Shown here: positions 53,908 through 61,927 of the stretch, piece by piece | Position numbering within the stretch: the first letter of the stretch is position 1 | Layout: each line of letters opens with the position of its first letter | Assembly (NCBI GenBank): GCA_020630395.1 | Contig: JAHDBM010000002.1 | Coordinates: 20,234-84,233 of the forward strand | Source of the DNA: Flavobacteriales bacterium | GTDB lineage: Bacteria; Bacteroidota; Bacteroidia; Flavobacteriales_D; CAJJDF01 | Direction: 5' to 3' | Length of the DNA: 64,000 nt | Program-made: the position numbers and the translations under genes | The notes under the pieces: generated by a model | What the model was told of the DNA's origin: nothing | Databases searched by the model: none | The model's input: the letters and a program-made list of their open reading frames with translations, nothing else

Positions 53908-54825
53908 ATGAAAACAATTTTACTTACTGTTTTTTCTTTAGCAGTTTCTTTAGCATCATTCTCTCAGTGTAATGATATCTTTATGTCAGAATACGTTCAT
54001 GGATGGTCAGCAAATAGAGCTATCGAAATATACAATCCAACATCAAACTCAGTTGATTTATCAGCTTATCAATTAAAAAGATATTCTAATGGTAGTACAT
54101 CAGCTTCATCTTTATACACGATTCAATTGTCGGGTGTGGTTCCTGCTAAAGGAACTTTTGTTATAGTTTCAGATACCGCTCAAGGAACAGTTTGGGATTC
54201 ACTTTATGCTAAGGCAGATACTTTTGTGTGTCCTGATTATAATGCAAATAGAACTTTTTTCTTTAATGGTAATGATGCTATGGTTCTATTTAAAGGATCA
54301 AGTGTTGTTGATGTTATTGGTAAAGTTGGTGAAGATCCAGGAACAGTAAATGGAGCAAATAATGGAGACCCTGATTATGGTTGGCCTACTGGAGTTCCAG
54401 TTGCATGGACAATTGATCATACATTAATTAGAAAGTCAACTATATTAACCGGTAATACAGTTGTGCAACCAGTATCTTATGTTCCTGCGACAGAATGGGA
54501 TTCACTACCAATTCATTCATTTGATGATTTAGGAAGTCATACTTGTGATTGTAATAGTATTGGAGTAGAAGAAAACAGTTTAGATTTAAACTTTGTGGTT
54601 TACCCTAACCCAAGTACAACTGGTTCAATCACAATTTTAGCTGCTGAAAGCGCAGAAAAAGTGGTTGTTTATAGTGTTTTAGGTAAAACAATTATAGAAA
54701 AACAATTAGCCAAAGGAACTACTCTTAATAAATTATCTACTAACGGTTGGGATAAAGGTGTTTATTTTGTGTCGTTAAATTTTGGGAAAGGAAAAATTAG
54801 TACAAAAAAGGTTACAATTAACTAG
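53908..54825 (+). CDS. Lamin tail domain (LTD)-containing secreted protein with T9SS type A CTD
   Basis: ORF 53875..54825 (TTG) trimmed to the ATG at 53908, giving the signal peptide MKTILLTVFSLAVSLASFSQ. The LTD pattern is FMSEYVHGWSANRAIEIYNPTSNSVDLSAYQLKRYSNG...GTFVIV...NGNDAMVLFKGSSVVDVIGKVGEDPG. CTD VVYPNPSTTGSITI...GVYFVSLN. Confidence 0.75.
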   Translation: MKTILLTVFSLAVSLASFSQCNDIFMSEYVHGWSANRAIEIYNPTSNSVDLSAYQLKRYSNGSTSASSLYTIQLSGVVPAKGTFVIVSDTAQGTVWDSLYAKADTFVCPDYNANRTFFFNGNDAMVLFKGSSVVDVIGKVGEDPGTVNGANNGDPDYGWPTGVPVAWTIDHTLIRKSTILTGNTVVQPVSYVPATEWDSLPIHSFDDLGSHTCDCNSIGVEENSLDLNFVVYPNPSTTGSITILAAESAEKVVVYSVLGKTIIEKQLAKGTTLNKLSTNGWDKGVYFVSLNFGKGKISTKKVTIN

Positions 54826-54836
54826 AAATAAGCAGT

Positions 54837-57578
54837 ATGCTAAAAAGAAGTTTATTCTTAATCCTATCTCTTTTAACAGGGATAGGATTTTTTGCTCAAA
54901 CAGGAGTTGTCAAGGGAACAATTAGTGATGAAGTTACTGGAGAATTACTCTTTGGAGCTAGTGTAGTTTATGAAGAAGGAAAAGGAGTAACGTCTGATTT
55001 TGACGGGAAGTATGAATTAACATTACCTTACGGAGAATATACGATTACGTATTCTTTTGTGGGTTTAAAGCCTATCCAAAGGAAAGTAACAGTATCAGGA
55101 AAGTCAGTTGTTTTAGATGTTAAAATGAAATCTAAAGTGATGAAAGAGGTTGAGATTGTTGCTGATATTGCAAAAGAGAGAGAAACTCCAGTTGCATTTA
55201 CAAACGTTTCTGCTGCAAAATTAGAGGAAGAATTAGCTTCTCAAGACCTGCCAATGGTATTAAACAGCACCCCTTCAGTTTATGCTACTCAACAAGGAGG
55301 TGGAGATGGTGATGCAAGGATTACAATTAGAGGTTTTAGTCAAAGAAATCTTGCGGTAATGATTGATGGTGTTCCAGTTAATGATATGGAAAATGGCTGG
55401 GTGTATTGGTCTAATTGGTTCGGTTTAGATATGGTAACGAGTACAATTCAAGTTCAAAGAGGATTAGGAATATCAAAACTTGCAGTTCCATCAGTTGGAG
55501 GTACAATGAATATTTTTACCAAAGGGATAGATGCTAAACCAGAAACAAAATTAAAGCTTGAATTTGGTAATAATGCATTCATGAGACAATCAGTAAGTGT
55601 TAACTCTGGAAGATTGAAAGGAGACTGGGGTTTTACCGGAGCTTTTTCAAGAAAGACAGGAAACGGTTGGGTAGATCAAAACTATACTGATGGTTATTTT
55701 TACTATGGAAAGATCGATAAGAAAATAAAAAATCACTTATTAAGTTTCTCCGTATTTGGTGCGCCACAAAGACATGGTCAAAGATCATTTAAAAGGCCAA
55801 TTTCATTTTACGACACAACAATTGCTCAAAACCTAGGAGTATCTAAAGAAGCTATTGACGCTTATGACCAATCACTAGGTTCTCAATATGGTTTTCAGCA
55901 TAATGAGTTTTATGGAAGGTATACCACAACAGATGGTAGAAGTGTTTTATTAAGAGAAAGAGAAAACTATTATCATAAGCCACAAATAACACTTAAAGAT
56001 TTTTGGCAAGTCAATGATCGTTTTTACATATCTAATATAGCTTATTTGTCAATAGGAAATGGAGGAGGAACTGGAATAACAGGAAGACCGGGAAATGATT
56101 CAACAGGTAGGTTAGACGCTCAATATATGTATGATAATAACTTAGCAGGAGATTTTGGTCCAAACATAGATCCTGCATACCACCCTACAGATTTAAAGGC
56201 TAATTCTTATAAGCGTTCAAGTATTAATAATCATTTTTGGTATGGACTACTTTCAACTGGAACTTTTGTTAAAGATGAAAACTTAACATTATCTGGTGGG
56301 ATTGATTTAAGAAGTTACAAAGGTGTTCATTATCGTGAAGTATATGATTTAGTTGGAGCTGATTATATTGTTAATGGAGACAATGTTAATGATCCAAATC
56401 TAGTTAAAAGAGTAGGTGATAAAATATTGTACCATGACGAAGGATTAGTTAGATGGGGAGGTTTATTTGCTCAAGGTGAATATAAAAAAGATAATTGGTC
56501 GGCATTTGTAAGTATATCTGGATCTGCTTCGGCATATAAAGCAGTAGATTACTTTAGAAAGAAAACATTACAAGTTGGAGATACTACTTTAGAAATAGGT
56601 AGGGATGATACAATTGTATATCAAGGTAATGAATATAATGCAAGCTCTGAAGGACTAGAAACGTACAATACAGGATGGAAAACATTACCGGGTTATACAA
56701 TTAAAACGGGAGCAAATTATATTTTAGATGAATTTTCAAATGTATTTGTAAACTTAGGGTACTTAAATAATGCACCTAAATTTGCGAATGTAATTGATCA
56801 ACAAAATAATTTTGTAGAAAATTCTGTTGGCGAAAAAGTTAGAGCTTTTGAATTAGGTTATGCCTATAAAAAGAAAAAGCTGGCTATTAACGTTAATGGA
56901 TATTACACAAGTTGGTTAGATAGACCATACTCTATAAGTCGACAAAATGAAGATAATGAAAACTTTACCGCAAATATTACCATGGATGCTTTACACATGG
57001 GAGCAGAGTTTGAAATAGCCTACAATTTATTAAGTAACCTTACTTTAGAAGGTGTTATAGCATTAGGAGATTGGACATGGCAATCAGCAAAAGATAGCAT
57101 TGTGTTTTTAGATAATGCGGGTAATACAATTCGAGATGGTTTTGGAAATGTACAAACAGCTTCCTTTGATGCGAAAGGAGTTCATGTTGGAGATGCTGCA
57201 CAAACTCAGTTAGGGGCTAAAATTAGATGGAATTTCACTAGAAGGTCATATATTAAAGCACAATACACTTGGTTTGATAGGTATTTTGCTGATTTTGAAC
57301 CTGGGAACCTAAATGGTGTAAACGCAAGGAGAGAATCATGGCAAATACCAGCTTATGGTTTAATGGATATCCATGCAGGAACAAGCTTTATGTTTAGTGG
57401 AGCTCCTATAAGTATAAGAATGAGTATTTTAAATGCATTAGATGCAGTGTATATAACAGATGCACAAAATAACGATCAATTTTCTGGACAACCATATAAT
57501 AATTTTGACGCTCAATCTGCTACAGTGTTTTTTGGTCAAGGAAGAAGATATAATTTCTCAGTTCAAGTTAAATTTTAA
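54837..57578 (+). CDS. TonB-dependent receptor with N-terminal carboxypeptidase-regulatory-like domain
   Basis: 913 aa. GVVKGTISDEVTGELLFGASVV is CarboxypepD_reg-like. The plug region is PVAFTNVSAAKLEE...ARITIRGFSQRNLAVMIDGVPVND. The terminal beta-strand is GRRYNFSVQVKF. Confidence 0.9.
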   Translation: MLKRSLFLILSLLTGIGFFAQTGVVKGTISDEVTGELLFGASVVYEEGKGVTSDFDGKYELTLPYGEYTITYSFVGLKPIQRKVTVSGKSVVLDVKMKSKVMKEVEIVADIAKERETPVAFTNVSAAKLEEELASQDLPMVLNSTPSVYATQQGGGDGDARITIRGFSQRNLAVMIDGVPVNDMENGWVYWSNWFGLDMVTSTIQVQRGLGISKLAVPSVGGTMNIFTKGIDAKPETKLKLEFGNNAFMRQSVSVNSGRLKGDWGFTGAFSRKTGNGWVDQNYTDGYFYYGKIDKKIKNHLLSFSVFGAPQRHGQRSFKRPISFYDTTIAQNLGVSKEAIDAYDQSLGSQYGFQHNEFYGRYTTTDGRSVLLRERENYYHKPQITLKDFWQVNDRFYISNIAYLSIGNGGGTGITGRPGNDSTGRLDAQYMYDNNLAGDFGPNIDPAYHPTDLKANSYKRSSINNHFWYGLLSTGTFVKDENLTLSGGIDLRSYKGVHYREVYDLVGADYIVNGDNVNDPNLVKRVGDKILYHDEGLVRWGGLFAQGEYKKDNWSAFVSISGSASAYKAVDYFRKKTLQVGDTTLEIGRDDTIVYQGNEYNASSEGLETYNTGWKTLPGYTIKTGANYILDEFSNVFVNLGYLNNAPKFANVIDQQNNFVENSVGEKVRAFELGYAYKKKKLAINVNGYYTSWLDRPYSISRQNEDNENFTANITMDALHMGAEFEIAYNLLSNLTLEGVIALGDWTWQSAKDSIVFLDNAGNTIRDGFGNVQTASFDAKGVHVGDAAQTQLGAKIRWNFTRRSYIKAQYTWFDRYFADFEPGNLNGVNARRESWQIPAYGLMDIHAGTSFMFSGAPISIRMSILNALDAVYITDAQNNDQFSGQPYNNFDAQSATVFFGQGRRYNFSVQVKF

Positions 57579-57597
57579 TAAAATAAACAATAATAAA

Positions 57598-59829
57598 ATG
57601 AAAAATTTTTTAGTAGTATTTGCATTATTTGGAATGGCTTTTCAAGCTATTTCTCAAGCTCCAGTTCCTAATACATGGGATTGTACAAGTGTGTCTAGTT
57701 TACCAGTAGGTTATTCTATAGGCCCATCATCATACCCACCTTCTAATTATTCTGCTTTGGGTGTTGGTGGTACTCCTTCTGTTAAAATGAATGGAGATGA
57801 CCAATTCTTACAAATTCATTTAGCAGGAGAAGCAGGAGTTTTTAGTTACTGGATAAAAGGGACAAACCCTCCTAGTTCAGGTGCTCCATTTGATGGTCAA
57901 TTCGATATTGAATTATCTGATAATGGAACTACATGGACCAATAAAAGGTCTTTAATTAACAATGCGGTTAATGTTAATACAATAACTCAATATACTGATA
58001 CGGTTTTACCTACTACACGTTACATTCGCTTTTATTTTACTAGAAAAGAATCTGGGTTTAATATTTCTTTGGATGATATCAATGTTGGAGTTCCATTGGC
58101 TAAGCCAGAAGCTGAGATAAATGCTGTTATAGATGGTGACACTGTTTTTAGTGGAGGTAATTATTATACTGCTGAGAATTTAGCAGCAACCAAAAGAATT
58201 AATGTTATTATTGAAAATCAAGGCACAGATTCTACATTAACGATTTCATCAGTTACTAGTTCTAATACTCCTGAGTTTACAGTAGTATCCTTTGCTACAG
58301 CAATTGACTCTTTATCTAGTGATACACTTAAAATAGATTTTACACCATCAGCTCTTGGAACAAGATCTACGGTTATTACAATTAATAATAATGATGGGAA
58401 TGAAAACCCATATCTAATTAACATGATTGGATACGGAGGTGGATTAGCTACTGAACCAAATGCACCAAGTTCAGCAGCTACAAGTGACGTTACAACTTAT
58501 AAGTATAATGTAGCTTACGATCCTAATAGCCCAGCTAGTGACGAAGGTTATCTAGTGTTATTTCAAAAGTCAGTTGCTCCTGTTGTAAGTCCAACAGATG
58601 GTGTTACATATAAACAAGGTGACATGATTGGAGGAGCAAAAGTAGCTTATGTAGGTTCAGATACTACTTATAGATCTAAAGAAACTTGGGCTAGTTCAAC
58701 ATACCACATGGCGGTATATTCGTTTAGTGGAGCTGGTCAATATACAAACTATTCTACTTTAGCTGCAACAACTAGTGTTACAACACCAGCAACAATGCAG
58801 TCACCAACTCATTATAATACAATATCTACAAGCGCAACTACTTTTATAACCGATTTACATGCGTTAACGAACCCACATACGCTTCGTTTTTATAGTGATT
58901 TTGATGACACTTACATAAAAGAATTTGGATCAAGAGATACAACAAACGGACAACTAGTTGTAACCTGTAGATACTCATCAGATGAATATATATACAGCCC
59001 ACCATTTTCATTCTCATATATTAGTAGAGAACATAGCTTTCCTCAAAGTTGGATGCCAACATTTGGGGTAACTGCATTACCAGAATATAATGATTACCAT
59101 AATCTTTTTCCTGTAAATCAAAATGATGCAAACGCAGTAAGAAGTAATAATCCTATGGGAGATGTAGTAAATGTTACTAGCACATTTATGGATGCTACTT
59201 ATGGGAAAGATACAGCAGGAAATAATGTATATGAGCCAAGAGATAGTCAAAAAGGAGATGCTGCTAGAGCAATTTTTTATATGTGTATAGCATACCATTC
59301 AGTTAGTGGTAATAATTGGGAATTACCTAATCCTATAGATGCATTGTTTGTTAATTATGCACAAAATCAAGATGTATTAAAAAAATGGCATTGGCAAGAT
59401 CCTGTTGATGAATGGGAAATGGCAAGAAATGATTATATCGAATCTTTACAAGGAAATAGAAATCCATTCATTGATAGTATGCAATATGTGTGTTATATAG
59501 ATTTTATGACCATGACTAAAGTTACCTCTGCTGCTCCTTGTATTACTACTCCAGTTGGTTTAGAAGATTTTAGTTCATTAAAGAATGTTAGTATTTACCC
59601 TAATCCAGCAAATAATATACTAAACGTAAATATTGAATTACATAATAAGGAGAATTTAAGTTTATCGATTGTTGATCAATTGGGTAGAAGCATTGTTGTA
59701 AATAATCAATTAATTACTACTTTGAAAAGCAATAATTCGGTTGATTTAACAAATATTCCTTCCGGTATGTACCATGTGAAAATTAAAGGAGAAACGTTTA
59801 CAAAACTTATCAAGTTTGTAAAAAATTAA
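57598..59829 (+). CDS. Multi-domain extracellular endonuclease I family nuclease with T9SS type A CTD
   Basis: ORF 57460..59829 trimmed to the ATG at 57598, giving the signal peptide MKNFLVVFALFGMAFQAISQA. The longer form would overlap the TBDR end. Endonuclease_1 blocks are REHSFPQSW, DYHNLFPVNQNDANAVRSNNPMG, KGDAARAIFYM and GNRNPFID. CTD SIYPNPANNILNV...GMYHVKIKG. Confidence 0.85.
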   Translation: MKNFLVVFALFGMAFQAISQAPVPNTWDCTSVSSLPVGYSIGPSSYPPSNYSALGVGGTPSVKMNGDDQFLQIHLAGEAGVFSYWIKGTNPPSSGAPFDGQFDIELSDNGTTWTNKRSLINNAVNVNTITQYTDTVLPTTRYIRFYFTRKESGFNISLDDINVGVPLAKPEAEINAVIDGDTVFSGGNYYTAENLAATKRINVIIENQGTDSTLTISSVTSSNTPEFTVVSFATAIDSLSSDTLKIDFTPSALGTRSTVITINNNDGNENPYLINMIGYGGGLATEPNAPSSAATSDVTTYKYNVAYDPNSPASDEGYLVLFQKSVAPVVSPTDGVTYKQGDMIGGAKVAYVGSDTTYRSKETWASSTYHMAVYSFSGAGQYTNYSTLAATTSVTTPATMQSPTHYNTISTSATTFITDLHALTNPHTLRFYSDFDDTYIKEFGSRDTTNGQLVVTCRYSSDEYIYSPPFSFSYISREHSFPQSWMPTFGVTALPEYNDYHNLFPVNQNDANAVRSNNPMGDVVNVTSTFMDATYGKDTAGNNVYEPRDSQKGDAARAIFYMCIAYHSVSGNNWELPNPIDALFVNYAQNQDVLKKWHWQDPVDEWEMARNDYIESLQGNRNPFIDSMQYVCYIDFMTMTKVTSAAPCITTPVGLEDFSSLKNVSIYPNPANNILNVNIELHNKENLSLSIVDQLGRSIVVNNQLITTLKSNNSVDLTNIPSGMYHVKIKGETFTKLIKFVKN

Positions 59830-59881
59830 ACATCTTAAGTTAATTTTTAGTATTATTGCTAGATAGATAAAAAATTAAATT

Positions 59882-60535
59882 ATGAAGTACTTTGGCATTT
59901 TGGCATTGTCATTAACATTAATGGCATCAACAAGTTGTAAGAAAAAAAATAAAAATGATGACCCTACAACACCACCAACCATAACGTTAAATGGTTCTAA
60001 CCCTATGCAAGTAGGTGTGGGAGATACTTATAATGATCCTGGCGCAACAGCAAAAGATGCATTAGGTGCAACCGTATCAGTTAAGACTGATGAAAGTAAT
60101 GTTAATACATCTCAAGCTGGTTCTTACCAAGTAGTATATACTGCCGAAGATTGTTATAGTAATACAGCTCAAAAATCAAGAACAGTTAATGTTGTTGTTA
60201 CTGCAGCAAATTGGGCTGGAAATTGGAACGTAAGTCATGATGTTAAAACATCATTAGGTCAAAATTTAATAAAAAACACATGTGCTATTTCAGAAGCATT
60301 TGGTATTGTTACATTAGACCATGATGGACAAGTAGTAAATGGAAGTATTAGTGGACAAAACATTACAATTAATACAAGTAGAGTTACTATTAATGCTGGT
60401 TTAGGTAAATATGATTTATCAGGAACAGGTACAATTAATGATGCTGGAGATGAAATTGTAATAAATTATAATTGGGATGGGGTATGTGGCACATGTCTAG
60501 ATGGAAGCGGCACTGCTACTTATACCAAGCAATAG
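59882..60535 (+). CDS. Lipoprotein, DUF5011/Ig-like N-domain plus unknown C-domain (paralog 1 of 3)
   Basis: Lipobox LMASTSC. ITLNGSNPMQVGVGDTYNDPGATAKDALG...YQVVYTAEDCYSN is a DUF5011-type Ig-like motif (Y.DPG.TA.D..G). It ends in the conserved ...GSGTATYTKQ. Confidence 0.7.
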   Translation: MKYFGILALSLTLMASTSCKKKNKNDDPTTPPTITLNGSNPMQVGVGDTYNDPGATAKDALGATVSVKTDESNVNTSQAGSYQVVYTAEDCYSNTAQKSRTVNVVVTAANWAGNWNVSHDVKTSLGQNLIKNTCAISEAFGIVTLDHDGQVVNGSISGQNITINTSRVTINAGLGKYDLSGTGTINDAGDEIVINYNWDGVCGTCLDGSGTATYTKQ

Positions 60536-60555
60536 AAAAGTAATTTTTCACTTTA

Positions 60556-61221
60556 GTGAATAAAAGATTTAGTATATCACTTATTTTAATCCTGTCCTTT
60601 ACATTAAGTTGTAAGCGACAGGATTTTTATCAATCTCCAAAAGATGGTAGTATTGGAAGAGATAATCCAACCATATCATTAAACGGCAGTAATTTAATTA
60701 CAATTCCTTTGTGGGATACATTAATTGATCCAGGTGCTACAGCCTTTGATATGGATGGGAACCCATTAACAGTTTATACTCAAACCAATATTAATTACAA
60801 TTTTGCAGGGAACTATACTATAACATATATTGCAACCGATCAATATGGAAAACAATCGTCAGTTGTTCGAAATGTAGAAGTAGTTATTGAACAACAACAT
60901 TATTTAGGAGATTGGGAAGTAGATCATAATTGTAGAACTAATACCTTAATAAGTTTGTTGCATGATGAAGCAAGTATAATAGGAGCATTTAATATTCTTA
61001 CTTTAGATCATAACGGAAAAACAACATCAGCTACTATTAATGGTAGAAACATAACGGTAGACCCTTCTTTTATAACAATTTTTGTTACCAATGGATATCT
61101 TTTTACTGGAGCTGGTCAAATGTCGACAGACGGAAATAGTTTCGAAATTTTATATAATTATCAAGGCATAAGTGGTTTAGCAAGAGACGGATCATGTACT
61201 GCTGTATATACAAGAAAATAA
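60556..61221 (+). CDS. Lipoprotein, DUF5011/Ig-like N-domain plus unknown C-domain (paralog 2 of 3)
   Basis: GTG start, lipobox FTLSC. ISLNGSNLITIPLWDTLIDPGATAFDMDGNPL...YTITYIATDQYG. Ends ...GSCTAVYTRK. Confidence 0.7.
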   Translation: MNKRFSISLILILSFTLSCKRQDFYQSPKDGSIGRDNPTISLNGSNLITIPLWDTLIDPGATAFDMDGNPLTVYTQTNINYNFAGNYTITYIATDQYGKQSSVVRNVEVVIEQQHYLGDWEVDHNCRTNTLISLLHDEASIIGAFNILTLDHNGKTTSATINGRNITVDPSFITIFVTNGYLFTGAGQMSTDGNSFEILYNYQGISGLARDGSCTAVYTRK

Positions 61222-61222
61222 C

Positions 61223-61927
61223 ATGAAATATTTAGTATCGATTTTATCATTGATTATTGTTTTGCAAAGTTGCAAAAGGAAAGATTTTTTTCAAGATGAA
61301 CAAGGAACAGGAGAAACTAACATACAGTTAGTTGGAGCTGATAATATGATTGTTGATTTTGGAAGTGTTTTTAATGATCCTGGAGCAGTTGCTATGAATG
61401 CCAAAGGAAACCCTTTAGTGGTAGTTGTAAACAATAATGGCTTTTCAACTAATAAGTTAAATAGCTTTGTTATTGATTATAGTGCAACAGATGAAAACGG
61501 ACAAACAGTAACAGTTTCTCGTACAATAAGTGTTAAAGTAAATAACACAGATTTAGTAGGAACGTATTCTGTTCAATCAGATTGCAAATATAATATACCT
61601 TCAGTTCCATTACCCGTTAACTTTTTTAAAAACACAGCTGATATAGTTGCAGGCTCAGGAACAAATAAATTAGAATTTACCAATATTGACTTTGCTAGTG
61701 GGAATGATATTTTTTATGGAACTATAAATGATAATAATATAGACTTAACGGGTTCATTAACGATTAGTCCAGTAGGTATACCAACTCCATTCACATACCA
61801 ATTTACAGGAACGGGAACAATTAGTGAAAATGCTAGAGTAATAACTGTAAGTTATATTTGGGAAAATATAACACCTATTGTAGGAGGTGGAATTGGTTCT
61901 TGTGTAGCAATTTATACTAAAAATTAA
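61223..61927 (+). CDS. Lipoprotein, DUF5011/Ig-like N-domain plus unknown C-domain (paralog 3 of 3)
   Basis: Lipobox VLQSC. IQLVGADNMIVDFGSVFNDPGAVAMNAKGNPL...FVIDYSATDENG. Ends ...GSCVAIYTKN. It starts 1 bp after the previous stop. Confidence 0.7.
   Translation: MKYLVSILSLIIVLQSCKRKDFFQDEQGTGETNIQLVGADNMIVDFGSVFNDPGAVAMNAKGNPLVVVVNNNGFSTNKLNSFVIDYSATDENGQTVTVSRTISVKVNNTDLVGTYSVQSDCKYNIPSVPLPVNFFKNTADIVAGSGTNKLEFTNIDFASGNDIFYGTINDNNIDLTGSLTISPVGIPTPFTYQFTGTGTISENARVITVSYIWENITPIVGGGIGSCVAIYTKN

Noticed and set aside
57460-57597. The 46-codon N-terminal extension of the endonuclease I ORF that overlaps the end of the TonB-dependent receptor. Similar extensions occur at 3053..3127, 29683..29709, 47085..47129 and 53875..53907.
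   Set aside because: In every case an internal ATG is immediately followed by a canonical signal peptide. The extension either overlaps the upstream gene or has no signal-like character, so the shorter models were preferred.
2685-59298. About 35 short ORFs (60-136 aa) in the supplied track that lie antisense to or nested within longer genes, for example 2685..2885, 3157..3387, 6738..6974, 8687..9058, 10351..10623, 17420..17656, 19211..19474, 25565..25759, 30750..31034, 39068..39346, 41171..41443, 46534..46779, 48678..49013, 52170..52580, 53010..53261 and 59077..59298.
   Set aside because: Each is fully contained in a much longer ORF on the other strand or frame that has clear family motifs. 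Their translations are low-complexity or hydrophobic mirror images with no recognisable motifs, signals or independent promoter or terminator context.
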